28,148 nt of DNA from a bacterium (lineage in GTDB: Bacteria; UBP14; UBA6098), in the NCBI GenBank assembly GCA_030642425.1, contig DAOWNU010000001.1, positions 1 to 28,148 of the forward strand, in the 5' to 3' direction. Below are positions 14,852 through 22,908 of the stretch, in pieces; position 1 is the first letter of the stretch, and every line of letters starts with the position of its first letter. Both the position numbers and the translations under genes were made by a program. Under the pieces are notes generated by a model. It was not told the DNA's origin. It did not search any database and saw only the letters and a list, made by a program, of their open reading frames with translations.

Positions 14852-14898
14852 GGTTTTTTTAATAAAAAAATATTTTTTTATTTTTTTTTATAAAACAG

Positions 14899-14927
14899 TT
14901 GACATAACGTCTTCGAGGAAATATTTT
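14899..14927 (+). promoter_or_regulatory. Candidate sigma70 promoter for the 14980 gene
   Basis: TTGACA (14899-14904), 17 nt, TATTTT (14922-14927), with a T/A-rich upstream tract. Confidence 0.55.
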
Positions 14928-14979
14928 AGATTGGTTTTAAAGGATGATAAGACAATTTCTTTTTAGAGGAGAATTATTC

Positions 14980-15180
14980 ATGGGAAAGAAGAAAAGAACA
15001 TTTGCAGATAAGGTTGCAAAGGGCACCGGGCCGCGCGGCGAGGTTTGCCCAAAATGCCAGGCTGTAATAAGGAATATCAAGGTTGTCCGCGCCCAGCGCA
15101 GCGAACAGAACGATTCCTGGCGCTTTGTCGAGGCGGTCGAGAAGGTCTGCAAGTGCAACGAAAAAGAATTTTTGGGCTAA
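14980..15180 (+). CDS. Small basic Cys4 protein, 66 aa, DUF4295/bL38-like (tentative)
   Basis: MGKKKRTFADK...CPKC...RNIKVVRAQRSEQNDSWRF...VCKC. ATG at 14980 with GAGGAG SD, own promoter and downstream terminator. Family assignment is from recalled similarity only. Confidence 0.75.
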   Translation: MGKKKRTFADKVAKGTGPRGEVCPKCQAVIRNIKVVRAQRSEQNDSWRFVEAVEKVCKCNEKEFLG

Positions 15181-15223
15181 CCATCCCGGAGCGGCGCTGA
15201 AGTAGTCCTTTTGCTTCGCAGAT

Positions 15224-15267
15224 AACCGCCGTGAAATGTTCGTTGGATTTCGGTCTGTGGTTTTTTT
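15224..15267 (+). terminator. Probable intrinsic terminator
   Basis: AACCGC...GAAAT/ATTTC...GTGGTT imperfect stem followed by a T run. Confidence 0.45.
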
Positions 15268-15298
15268 AAAAAAAAACGGGCGGAAATTTATTTTTTAC

Positions 15299-15327
15299 TT
15301 GCATTGCTTCACCTAAAAGCCTATACT
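15299..15327 (+). promoter_or_regulatory. sigma70 promoter upstream of zapB-like/zapA
   Basis: TTGCAT (15299-15304), 17 nt, TATACT (15322-15327). Confidence 0.7.
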
Positions 15328-15375
15328 ATAAAAAAGTAGTGCCTTTTATATCGAGTATTTCGTCAGGGAGGATAC

Positions 15376-15654
15376 ATGAACCTGGAGCATTTTCAAGCTC
15401 TTGAAGACAAAATAAACCAGCTTCTTAACCACATAATTAAGCTGAAAGAAGAGAAGCGCGAGCTTGCGGAATCCAATCGCCGTCTCGAGGACAAAATCCA
15501 GGAGATGCAGGTCGATACCGATAAGCTTCGCGACGATAATCGTAAGCTCAAAACAATGACCGACGAGGCCTCGACGACTATCGACAACGAAAAAGAGATA
15601 AAGAGCAAAGTCGAAGCGCTTTTGAGCAAGGTTGACGAGGTTGTTGGAAGTTAA
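15376..15654 (+). CDS. ZapB-like coiled-coil cell division protein
   Basis: All-helical heptad-rich sequence (FQALEDKINQLL...LKEEKRELAE) directly upstream of zapA. GGAGG SD. Confidence 0.7.
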   Translation: MNLEHFQALEDKINQLLNHIIKLKEEKRELAESNRRLEDKIQEMQVDTDKLRDDNRKLKTMTDEASTTIDNEKEIKSKVEALLSKVDEVVGS

Positions 15655-15678
15655 ACCCGAAACCCGCGCGGTTGACGG

Positions 15679-15981
15679 ATGACAGACGAACAAAAAAAGA
15701 AGACTATTAAGGTGAAAATTTACGGCAAGGAATACTCTATTAAGAGTTCCGAAGATACCGAGTATGTCGAAGATGTAGCAAGGTATGTCGATTCCAAGAT
15801 GATGGATGTGGACAGAAGCGGAGTATCGACAGGCCCTGTTCAGGTTGCGGTTCTGGCCGCGATGAATATCACCGATGAACTTTTCGAGGCCCGGCAGCAC
15901 GGCGATAAGTCCAGCAAGGATATCGACGAGCGAGCGAAGGGTCTTATCGAGAAAATAAATTCCGCCCTGACTGAAGACTGA
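15679..15981 (+). CDS. zapA: Cell division protein ZapA
   Basis: VKIYGKEYSI, VARYVDSKM, AVLAAMNITDELF. Confidence 0.92.
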   Translation: MTDEQKKKTIKVKIYGKEYSIKSSEDTEYVEDVARYVDSKMMDVDRSGVSTGPVQVAVLAAMNITDELFEARQHGDKSSKDIDERAKGLIEKINSALTED

Positions 15982-15987
15982 TACACA

Positions 15988-16165
15988 GCGGGGCGTTGTT
16001 CGTCTGTTTCCCACCGGCCGTTATGGTTTCCGGTGGGGTTTTTTATTGAATTCGATAATTCTCCTCGTTGCGCAGATTTCGGCGTGAGCTAAGTCGAACG
16101 CTGGAGTTTCGCTGCGAGATGTAACTTTTGAATACCCGAACATCCGCGGAATATGGCCGTGGATG
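15988..16165 (+). ncRNA. Putative 6S-like structured RNA (zapA-rny spacer)
   Basis: Long-range pairing GCGG..TGTTCG (15988-16002) with CGAACATCCGC (16137-16147), an AU-rich central region, and an imperfect terminal arm at 16064-16118 whose G-U pairs favour the plus strand. 6S RNA commonly lies downstream of zapA. Confidence 0.4.
16010..16044 (+). terminator. Intrinsic terminator-like hairpin after zapA
   Basis: CCCACCGG (16010-16017) pairs with CCGGTGGG (16030-16037), followed by GTTTTTT. Confidence 0.55.
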
Positions 16166-16194
16166 CGGTTTAATCATAAATCAGGAGGTTTAGT

Positions 16195-17757
16195 ATGGAA
16201 TATTTAATACCAATAATTGTTACAATAGCGGGCCTTGTCGTGAGTATTCTTATCGGACTGTCCTACGCCAAACGCGCCGGAAAGAACCGAATACAGGATG
16301 CGGAGGCGAAAGCCCGACAAATAATCGAGGAGTCGGAACATCAATCGGTAATTAAAGTGAAAGAGGCGGACCTCTCCGCCAAAGACAAATTGATCGAGAT
16401 GAAGCACGTTTTCGAGCGGGAAACCCAATCGAAACATAACGAAATTAGGCGTGAGGAGAGAAAACTCACCGAAAAGCAAAACTCGATAGAACGCAAGATG
16501 GATCTTCTCCGAAAGAAGGAGCGCGACGCCCAGACACAGGAACGTCTCATAGCAAAACAGGAAAAACAGACCCGTCAGAAACAAAACGAACTCGACGAGC
16601 TTCTCGAAAGGCAGAACAGACAACTCGAACGGGTAGCCGGGATGAGCGCCGAAGAGGCGAAACAAATACTCATAGGGAATCTCGAACAGGAGGCCAGAGT
16701 CGAGGCCACGAAGACTATCCGCGCGATAAAGGAAAAGGCCGAGGCCAATGCCGCGCGCGAGGCGCGCCAGATAATAATCGATTCTATCCAGCGCTGCGCC
16801 GCCGATACGACTATCGAGTCCACGGTCAGCGTGGTGAGCCTCCCCTCGGACGAACTGAAGGGCAGAATAATCGGAAGAGAGGGGCGAAATATCCGCGCGT
16901 TCGAGATAGCAACGGGCGTGGACGTTATTGTGGACGATACGCCCGAGGCCGTTATCCTCTCCGGCTTCGATCCTATACGCCGGGAGATAGCGAAAATCGC
17001 TCTCGAAAAACTGATCCTCGACGGCCGCATTCACCCCGCAAGGATCGAGGAGATTGTGAAAAAGGCCGAGAAAGAGATGAATGTGATTATCCGGGAGACC
17101 GGCGATCAGACCTGTTTTGAGGTGGGAATCCACGATATCAATCAAGAACTCGTTATGCTGCTGGGGAGGCTGAAATATCGAACCTCGTATGGACAGAACG
17201 TTCTTCAGCACTCGGTCGAGGTGGCTCATCTGTCCGCACATATTGCCGACCTGTTGGAACTCGATCCACAAACCGCCCGTCGATGCGGGTTGCTGCACGA
17301 TATCGGAAAAGCGATAGACAGAGGGCAGGAGGGCACGCACACAGAACTCGGATACGAGGTCGCACGTCGCCACGGCGAAAAGCCGATCGTGCTCAACGCG
17401 ATACTGGGTCATCACGCCGATGTCGAGGCGGAGACGCCTTACACTATTATAACGATGGCCGCGGACGCTATTTCCGGCGCGCGACCGGGGGCGCGAAGGG
17501 AGACGATGGAAAATTATATCAAGCGTCTCGAACGATTGGAGAAGGTTGCCAACGGTTTCCCTGGAGTCGATAAATCTTACGCAATACAGGCTGGAAGGGA
17601 GATCAGGGTCATTGTCGAGCCGGACGAGATCAACGACAAGGAGTCATATTATATGGCCTCCGAGATCGCCCAGAAGATACAGGAGGAGCTCGAGTATCCG
17701 GGGCAGATCAAGGTTACGGTTATCCGCGAGACGAGGGCAATCAATTACGAAAAATAG
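16195..17757 (+). CDS. rny: Ribonuclease Y
   Basis: N-terminal TM anchor, coiled coil, KH domain (KGRIIGREGRNIRAFE), HD domain (LLHDIGKA), YAIQAGREIRV. GGAGG SD. Confidence 0.98.
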   Translation: MEYLIPIIVTIAGLVVSILIGLSYAKRAGKNRIQDAEAKARQIIEESEHQSVIKVKEADLSAKDKLIEMKHVFERETQSKHNEIRREERKLTEKQNSIERKMDLLRKKERDAQTQERLIAKQEKQTRQKQNELDELLERQNRQLERVAGMSAEEAKQILIGNLEQEARVEATKTIRAIKEKAEANAAREARQIIIDSIQRCAADTTIESTVSVVSLPSDELKGRIIGREGRNIRAFEIATGVDVIVDDTPEAVILSGFDPIRREIAKIALEKLILDGRIHPARIEEIVKKAEKEMNVIIRETGDQTCFEVGIHDINQELVMLLGRLKYRTSYGQNVLQHSVEVAHLSAHIADLLELDPQTARRCGLLHDIGKAIDRGQEGTHTELGYEVARRHGEKPIVLNAILGHHADVEAETPYTIITMAADAISGARPGARRETMENYIKRLERLEKVANGFPGVDKSYAIQAGREIRVIVEPDEINDKESYYMASEIAQKIQEELEYPGQIKVTVIRETRAINYEK

Positions 17758-17780
17758 ATTTATCGACAAAGTATTTCACT

Positions 17781-17814
17781 GCAGAGCGGCTTTTCGGGGC
17801 CGCTTTTGCATTTT
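17781..17814 (+). terminator. Intrinsic terminator after rny
   Basis: AGCGGC (17785-17790) / GCCGCT (17799-17804) stem followed by TTTTGCATTTT. Confidence 0.6.
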
Positions 17815-17863
17815 AAAGAGTGGCTTGAAAAGTATTTCTAACAATAAAATGTTAGTTCATTCT

Positions 17864-17908
17864 CTCCCTCCTCTCCCTTCGGGAGAGGGGGGCCAGGGGG
17901 GTGAGGGG
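17864..17908. repeat. REP-like palindromic element (CCTCTCCC-ttc-GGGAGAGG...GGTGAGGG type)
   Basis: CTCTCCC (17871-17877) / GGGAGAG (17881-17887) hairpin followed by GGCCAGGGGGGTGAGGG. Resembles a widespread intergenic palindrome. Confidence 0.6.
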
Positions 17909-18042
17909 TTTCGTAAAACCCTTTTAAAATGCCGGAAAGACCGCCCGTCGAAAAAAAGGATTTGCTATCGAGCCGTTCCGCTAATATAATAGCATTTCCC
18001 CGCGATGGGGAGTGAAAATACTTTTAGAAAGCTGTGTCGGAT

Positions 18043-18837
18043 ATGAAAATCCTCTTTATCGGCGATATTTTCGGCAAACCGGGGAGAATTGCAATTCTCA
18101 AAGGTCTGCCGATACTTCGAGAAACCCACGAACCCGATGTCGTTATCGCAAACGGCGAGAACGTGGCCGGCGGATTCGGGATAACAAACAACCTCGCGGA
18201 CAAACTGTTCCGCTATGGAATCGATATTATCACCGGCGGAAACCATATCTGGGACAGGCAGGAAATCGATAACCTGATCGAAAGCCACACGAATGTGCTC
18301 CGGCCAATTAATTATCCTATCGGCGTCCCCGGAAACGGGAGCGTTCTATTCGAGACGAAAAAGGGCGGCAAGATCGCCGTGATCAACGCGCAGGGCAGGA
18401 TTTTTATGCGGCCCATCGACGATCCTTTCCGGGTGGCTAAAAAAGAAGCCGAAAGATTGCGTGGCAAAGCCGATATTATCCTTATCGATTTCCACGCCGA
18501 GGCAACTTCCGAGAAAAAGGCCTTCGGGTATTTCCTCGACGGCATCGCGAGCGCAGTAGTCGGAACGCACACGCACGTGCAAACGTCCGACAACCAGATA
18601 CTTCCGAAAGGGGCCGCGTATATCACCGATGCCGGCATGACCGGCGCGCACGACTCCATTATCGGAGTCCGCAAGGAACAGGCGCTCAAATTTGTTCTTT
18701 TCGGGCGCAACGTCCGTTTCTCACCGGCGGAGAAGGATGTCAGAATCCAGGGGTGTATTATCGAAACCGACGACGCGACCGGCAAAGCGCTGACAATCGA
18801 GAGAATCGATATGCCGGTCGATATAAAGGGCGGTTAG
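18043..18837 (+). CDS. ymdB: TIGR00282/YmdB-family metallophosphoesterase (2',3'-cyclic nucleotide phosphodiesterase)
   Basis: MKILFIGDIFG, ANGENVAGG, TGGNHIWD, DFHAEATSEK, VGTHTHVQT, TDAGMTG. Canonical position after rny. The ATG at 18043 is preferred over the GTG at 18034. Confidence 0.93.
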   Translation: MKILFIGDIFGKPGRIAILKGLPILRETHEPDVVIANGENVAGGFGITNNLADKLFRYGIDIITGGNHIWDRQEIDNLIESHTNVLRPINYPIGVPGNGSVLFETKKGGKIAVINAQGRIFMRPIDDPFRVAKKEAERLRGKADIILIDFHAEATSEKKAFGYFLDGIASAVVGTHTHVQTSDNQILPKGAAYITDAGMTGAHDSIIGVRKEQALKFVLFGRNVRFSPAEKDVRIQGCIIETDDATGKALTIERIDMPVDIKGG

Positions 18838-18907
18838 GCCGAGCGTCTCGCTCGACATGAGGTCCCGGAGCCTGTCGAAGGGGAAATGCGCGGCGAGACG
18901 CCGTGCC

Positions 18908-19178
18908 TATTACGATTTTAAGCGGGTGAAAATCGTTTTTCGGGGACACGAAGCGGTAAAGGGGTGGACGAAAAGCATTTTTAGACGGCGAAAAACGATT
19001 TCGAGGTGAAAAAATGGGGTTTAGAGAATCTCGAAATGGCATTTTGCTTCATAAAAACCTCATTCTGTCATCTAATAATGACATTTGCCCATCTCGAAAT
19101 GGCATTTTGCTTCTTCTAAATCGCATTCTGTCAGTTAAAAATGCCATTCCTTCACTTCGGAACAGCATTTTGGAATAA
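18908..19178. repeat. Degenerate 21-bp-period tandem array with a 63-bp higher-order duplication
   Basis: ATCTCGAAATGGCATTTTGCTTC is identical at 19028-19050 and 19091-19113. An AAA..ATT/TTT core recurs every 21 nt from about 18929 to 19178. Confidence 0.75.
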
Positions 19179-19199
19179 AATTCAAGCAATGGAGCGAAA

Positions 19200-20090
19200 A
19201 TGAGTTACACAGAAATACTGCACACGAATATCGGCCGCGAGCCGGATTATTTAGGCAAGGTCAGGGATATTTACGATCTCGGCGAGAGGCTTCTGATTGT
19301 CGCCACGGACCGGATCAGCGCCTACGACCGCATTCTGCCCAACGGCATCCCCGGACGGGGGATCGTTCTCACCGAAATGAGCGAGTTCTGGTTCGGGATG
19401 ACGACCGATATTTTGCCCAATCACCTGATTTCCACAAAGATCGAGGATTTCCCCGCCGAACTGCGCGAATTTTCGGATAGGCTTCGGGGCAGGACCATGC
19501 TTTGCAGAAAGGCGGAGCGGATCGATATCGAATGTGTGGCACGGGGCTATCTCGCGGGCAGCGGCTGGAGAGAATACAAAAAACAGGGCACAGTCTGCGA
19601 GATTGCGCTGCCGAAAGGTCTCCTCGAATCGGAGAAGCTGCCGGAGCCGATTTTCACTCCTGCAACGAAGGCCGAGCTAGGATCTCACGACGAGAACATC
19701 TCGTTTGAAAGAATGGCGGCCGTTGTCGGGGAAGAATTGGCCGGACGTCTCCGCGAAATCACACTCCGAATCTACAGTAAGGCCGCCGAATATGCCCTTT
19801 CAAGGGGAATAATAATCGCGGATACGAAGTTCGAGTTCGGCTTTATCGACGGCGAACTGGCCGCTATCGACGAGATGATCTCGCCGGATTCGAGCCGGTT
19901 CTGGGATGTCGAAACTTACGAACCCGGCAGAAGTCAGGACAGTTTCGACAAGCAGTATGTCCGCGACTGGCTCGCGCGAAGCGGTTTTACCGGAGAGGGC
20001 GAGCCGCCTTCGCTTCCGCGCGAGGTTGTCGAGGGCACGATGCGACGCTATACTATAGTAAAAGACCGGCTGTTCGGAAAAGCGGGGTGA
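19200..20090 (+). CDS. purC: Phosphoribosylaminoimidazolesuccinocarboxamide (SAICAR) synthase
   Basis: GKVRDIY, ATDRISAYD, IECVARGYLAGSGW, IFTPATKA, IADTKFEFG, DSSRFW, SFDKQYVRDWL. Confidence 0.97.
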   Translation: MSYTEILHTNIGREPDYLGKVRDIYDLGERLLIVATDRISAYDRILPNGIPGRGIVLTEMSEFWFGMTTDILPNHLISTKIEDFPAELREFSDRLRGRTMLCRKAERIDIECVARGYLAGSGWREYKKQGTVCEIALPKGLLESEKLPEPIFTPATKAELGSHDENISFERMAAVVGEELAGRLREITLRIYSKAAEYALSRGIIIADTKFEFGFIDGELAAIDEMISPDSSRFWDVETYEPGRSQDSFDKQYVRDWLARSGFTGEGEPPSLPREVVEGTMRRYTIVKDRLFGKAG

Positions 20091-20113
20091 ACGGACCCTT
20101 TGCCCCACGCTTC

Positions 20114-21127
20114 TTAATCGAATCTCATCTGGAACTCGGCGATAATATTGTCGGGCGGGTCAATATCGCCCTCGCCGGTAATAAGCTCGTAGTTCAGCCG
20201 GAAATGGCTCAGCCATTTTATCTTGTCGAATCCCAATGTCAATCCGAAAGTTATGCGGTCGGTTTTGTCGTTCTCGCCGGGCGGATCGAGAAAATCGTAG
20301 CGAAAGCCGGGCGTAATGTAATGAAGCAGTTTGCCGTCCACGAAATAATCGTAACGGGCGTAGGCGTAGAGCGCGTTTGTTTGCTCTTCGAGATAGTCGC
20401 GGACAGAGCCTTCCGCAGTGATATATAACCCGCCCTTGTTGAACGAAAGATTTGCCGAGTAATAATTCCGGCCCTCCGCGAGCGAATCGACCGGATTGTT
20501 ATCCTTGCCGACAGAGGCCGCCGCCGCGAGTTTCAGCATTTTAAACGGCTCGACTTCGCCGCGAACGATAACGTTCTTATGGTTGTTGTCGTCGGCGACG
20601 TTCATCCCGCTGCCGTTGGTCACTCCGGTATAAAGAGCGAATCGTTTCGCCTTGTATCTCGCATAAGCCCCGATATCCCTGTATGCCGGCGAATTTGCGA
20701 CAACATAACCCCTGCTGACAAAATCGATTTTCGAGGCCGACTGGAGATTTTCCGTGGCGAAAGGCGTAACGAATTGGCCGAATGTGAGCCTAAAATTCCG
20801 AATCGGAGTGAAATGCGCCTGCGCGTCGAGAATACCGGCGACGTTGCTAAATTCGGGGGTCAGCGTGGAATCGTCGATTCCGGTCATACCGGGGTAATTG
20901 AAATATACGAACATGAAAACGGACGAATACTCGTTGATATTAGCCGAAAGCCCCAATGTCGCCAGCATCAGCTTGAACTGGTTTGTATTGTCACCTTCGT
21001 CCACGATAGTGTAGTTGTATGTGCTTCGGATATATCCTAACCAGTTAATTTCCGAGTTTTTTTGGGCAAACGAGCTTTGCATAAGAAAGATCGTCAGCAG
21101 GATAATAATTACCGCCTTGATTTTCAT
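20114..21127 (-). CDS. Outer-membrane beta-barrel porin (phosphate-selective porin O/P-like)
   Basis: Signal peptide, alternating amphipathic strands, GQFVTPF..E, RDIGA, NGSG.N..D.N..K, RYDFLDP motifs, C-terminal strand ending QMRFD. Confidence 0.75.
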   Translation of the reverse strand: MKIKAVIIILLTIFLMQSSFAQKNSEINWLGYIRSTYNYTIVDEGDNTNQFKLMLATLGLSANINEYSSVFMFVYFNYPGMTGIDDSTLTPEFSNVAGILDAQAHFTPIRNFRLTFGQFVTPFATENLQSASKIDFVSRGYVVANSPAYRDIGAYARYKAKRFALYTGVTNGSGMNVADDNNHKNVIVRGEVEPFKMLKLAAAASVGKDNNPVDSLAEGRNYYSANLSFNKGGLYITAEGSVRDYLEEQTNALYAYARYDYFVDGKLLHYITPGFRYDFLDPPGENDKTDRITFGLTLGFDKIKWLSHFRLNYELITGEGDIDPPDNIIAEFQMRFD

Positions 21128-21142
21128 TTCCCCCCTTTTCTG

Positions 21143-22702
21143 TTAATTACGTTCGATTGGATTATCGGAACTCACTCCGACAGGAGCAGCGTCGCCCGTC
21201 TTTTTCGCCGCTTTTTTGCCGAATGGCACGAGTATCAGCCCGAGACCCAGCGAGGTCATCATCCCAACCGCACCGGCCTGCGGTGCGCCGCCTCTTCCCC
21301 AAACAAAAAACAGAACAAGGCAGGTGGAGAGGCCGCAAACGCTGGACAATATCGCGCCGAACTTGCCCGCCCGTTTGGTCAATATCCCCCAGATAAACGG
21401 GCCGAGAAATACCGAGGCGATTGCCCCCCACGAAATTGATAATATCGTTACAATCACAGCCGGGCGAAGCAGCGCCAGAATTACGGACAATATAATGAAA
21501 AACACGCTCCCGACACGCATGAGCAGTATCAGTTCCCTGTCCGAAGCTCGCCTTCCGACACGCGACGAATCCAGCGTTACCCTTCTGTCCGAGGCGCGCT
21601 TGTTCAACATCCCAGCATAAATGTCCTTCGCGATAGTGGAACTCGAAATAAGCACCAGCGCCGCCAATGTTGACATGGAAGCCGACAGTATCAGAAGCAA
21701 AATAATTATCGACAGCGATTCCGGTATTGCGAATGTCAAAAGCTCCGGCATGAGAGCGTCGAACTGTGGCGCGGCCTTTCCGGCTTCATTGACAGTGAAT
21801 GCCAGCGGGTTAGCGACCGGATTCAAAAACAACCGCGTCAGCGCGCCGGTGAAATAGGCCACGCCCGTTACTAAAAGCGCGAAAAGCGTGGAGACAATCA
21901 TACCAATCCGAACCGATCTTTTGTCCTTTATCGCGTAGAATTTTTGAATCAGCTGCGGCATCCCGAATGGCGCGACACTGGTGAGAAAAACGAGGCAAAA
22001 CAACGGCCATATTCCGGGCGGGCCGACCGCCTGCGTAAGTTTCGGGTCGATAGCCCCGAGCTTGGATATTATCTCCGATAGGCCGCCGCCCTTCGTGAGT
22101 GTGCTTGCCAGCAGAATTCCCACGCCGAATATCATGATTATCCCGAAGATAAAATCGACTCTGGTCATGGACTTGTAGCCGCCCAGAACGAGATATATCG
22201 CCGTAAGAAGCCCCATCGAGATAAGCGCAGTCCAGTATGGCAAGCCGAAATTGGCCTCGAAAAGGTAGCTTAAACCCATGAAAACCGCGGCGGTATAGGG
22301 TATCAGGAAAATGAAGATGGCTATTGCGGTGTATATTTTGATGAAATGGCTGTCGTAGCGGGCCTCGAGATATTCCGGCATGGTGTGGACGTTCAGTTCG
22401 GTCGTGGCTTTTCTAATCCGGTTGCCGAGAAGCCACCACACGAGAAGCGTTCCGATGAGCGTGTTGCCGAGAGCGACCCACAGCGCGGAAAGGCCGAAAC
22501 CCCAGCCTATCTTGCCGGCGAATCCGATAAAAAGAACCGCGGAAAAATAGGCGGTGCCGTAGGTGAAAGCGGTCAGCCACGGCCCGACACCGCGGCCACC
22601 GAGGAAGAAATCGGTGAAAGACTTCGTCCGTTTCATTCCCACGATACCCATGATAATAATCATCGCGACATAGGCGAAAACAGCGACAAGCTTGAAAATC
22701 AT
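21143..22702 (-). CDS. Sodium:solute symporter (SSS/SLC5; PutP/PanF-like), substrate unknown
   Basis: DFFLGGRGVGPW, TMPEYLEARYDS, FGMPQLIQKFY, SASMSTLAA, many TM helices. The start at 22702 (AAGGA SD) is preferred over 22768. Confidence 0.9.
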   Translation of the reverse strand: MIFKLVAVFAYVAMIIIMGIVGMKRTKSFTDFFLGGRGVGPWLTAFTYGTAYFSAVLFIGFAGKIGWGFGLSALWVALGNTLIGTLLVWWLLGNRIRKATTELNVHTMPEYLEARYDSHFIKIYTAIAIFIFLIPYTAAVFMGLSYLFEANFGLPYWTALISMGLLTAIYLVLGGYKSMTRVDFIFGIIMIFGVGILLASTLTKGGGLSEIISKLGAIDPKLTQAVGPPGIWPLFCLVFLTSVAPFGMPQLIQKFYAIKDKRSVRIGMIVSTLFALLVTGVAYFTGALTRLFLNPVANPLAFTVNEAGKAAPQFDALMPELLTFAIPESLSIIILLLILSASMSTLAALVLISSSTIAKDIYAGMLNKRASDRRVTLDSSRVGRRASDRELILLMRVGSVFFIILSVILALLRPAVIVTILSISWGAIASVFLGPFIWGILTKRAGKFGAILSSVCGLSTCLVLFFVWGRGGAPQAGAVGMMTSLGLGLILVPFGKKAAKKTGDAAPVGVSSDNPIERN

Positions 22703-22781
22703 AGACGATCCTTTATTTAGAAAACTCTGTGCAATTTCGGCGGAAAGGAACACCTTATAGTGCCCCATTTTAACAAACTCA

Positions 22782-22810
22782 ATAATAATGTGTAATTTTC
22801 ACTTTGTCGA
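22782..22810 (-). promoter_or_regulatory. Candidate sigma70 promoter for the symporter-porin pair
   Basis: On the minus strand: TCGACA (22805-22810), 17 nt, TATTAT (22782-22787). Confidence 0.5.
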
Positions 22811-22908
22811 GGAATTTCTTTCGGAAAAAACGGAAAAAATGTGAATCGGTGTGAGAGGGGAGTGTCAAATTGGATAAAACCCTTCGGTTATGCGCTTGAA
22901 ATTCCTAA

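Noticed and set aside
14790-14960. AT-rich strand-switch region as a replication origin
   Set aside because: No DnaA-box cluster was seen. It is fully explained by back-to-back promoters with UP-like tracts.
16204-17415. 403-aa minus-strand ORF opposite rny
   Set aside because: Antisense shadow with no domain features.
17546-17989. 147-aa ORF spanning the rny end and the rny-ymdB spacer
   Set aside because: It overlaps rny out of frame and reads through a terminator and a palindromic repeat. Its PLPSGEG stretch simply translates that repeat.
22703-22768. N-terminal 22 aa of the symporter ORF
   Set aside because: The ATG at 22768 lies about 7 nt from the predicted TSS and has no SD. ATG 22702 has an AAGGA SD and begins the first TM helix.
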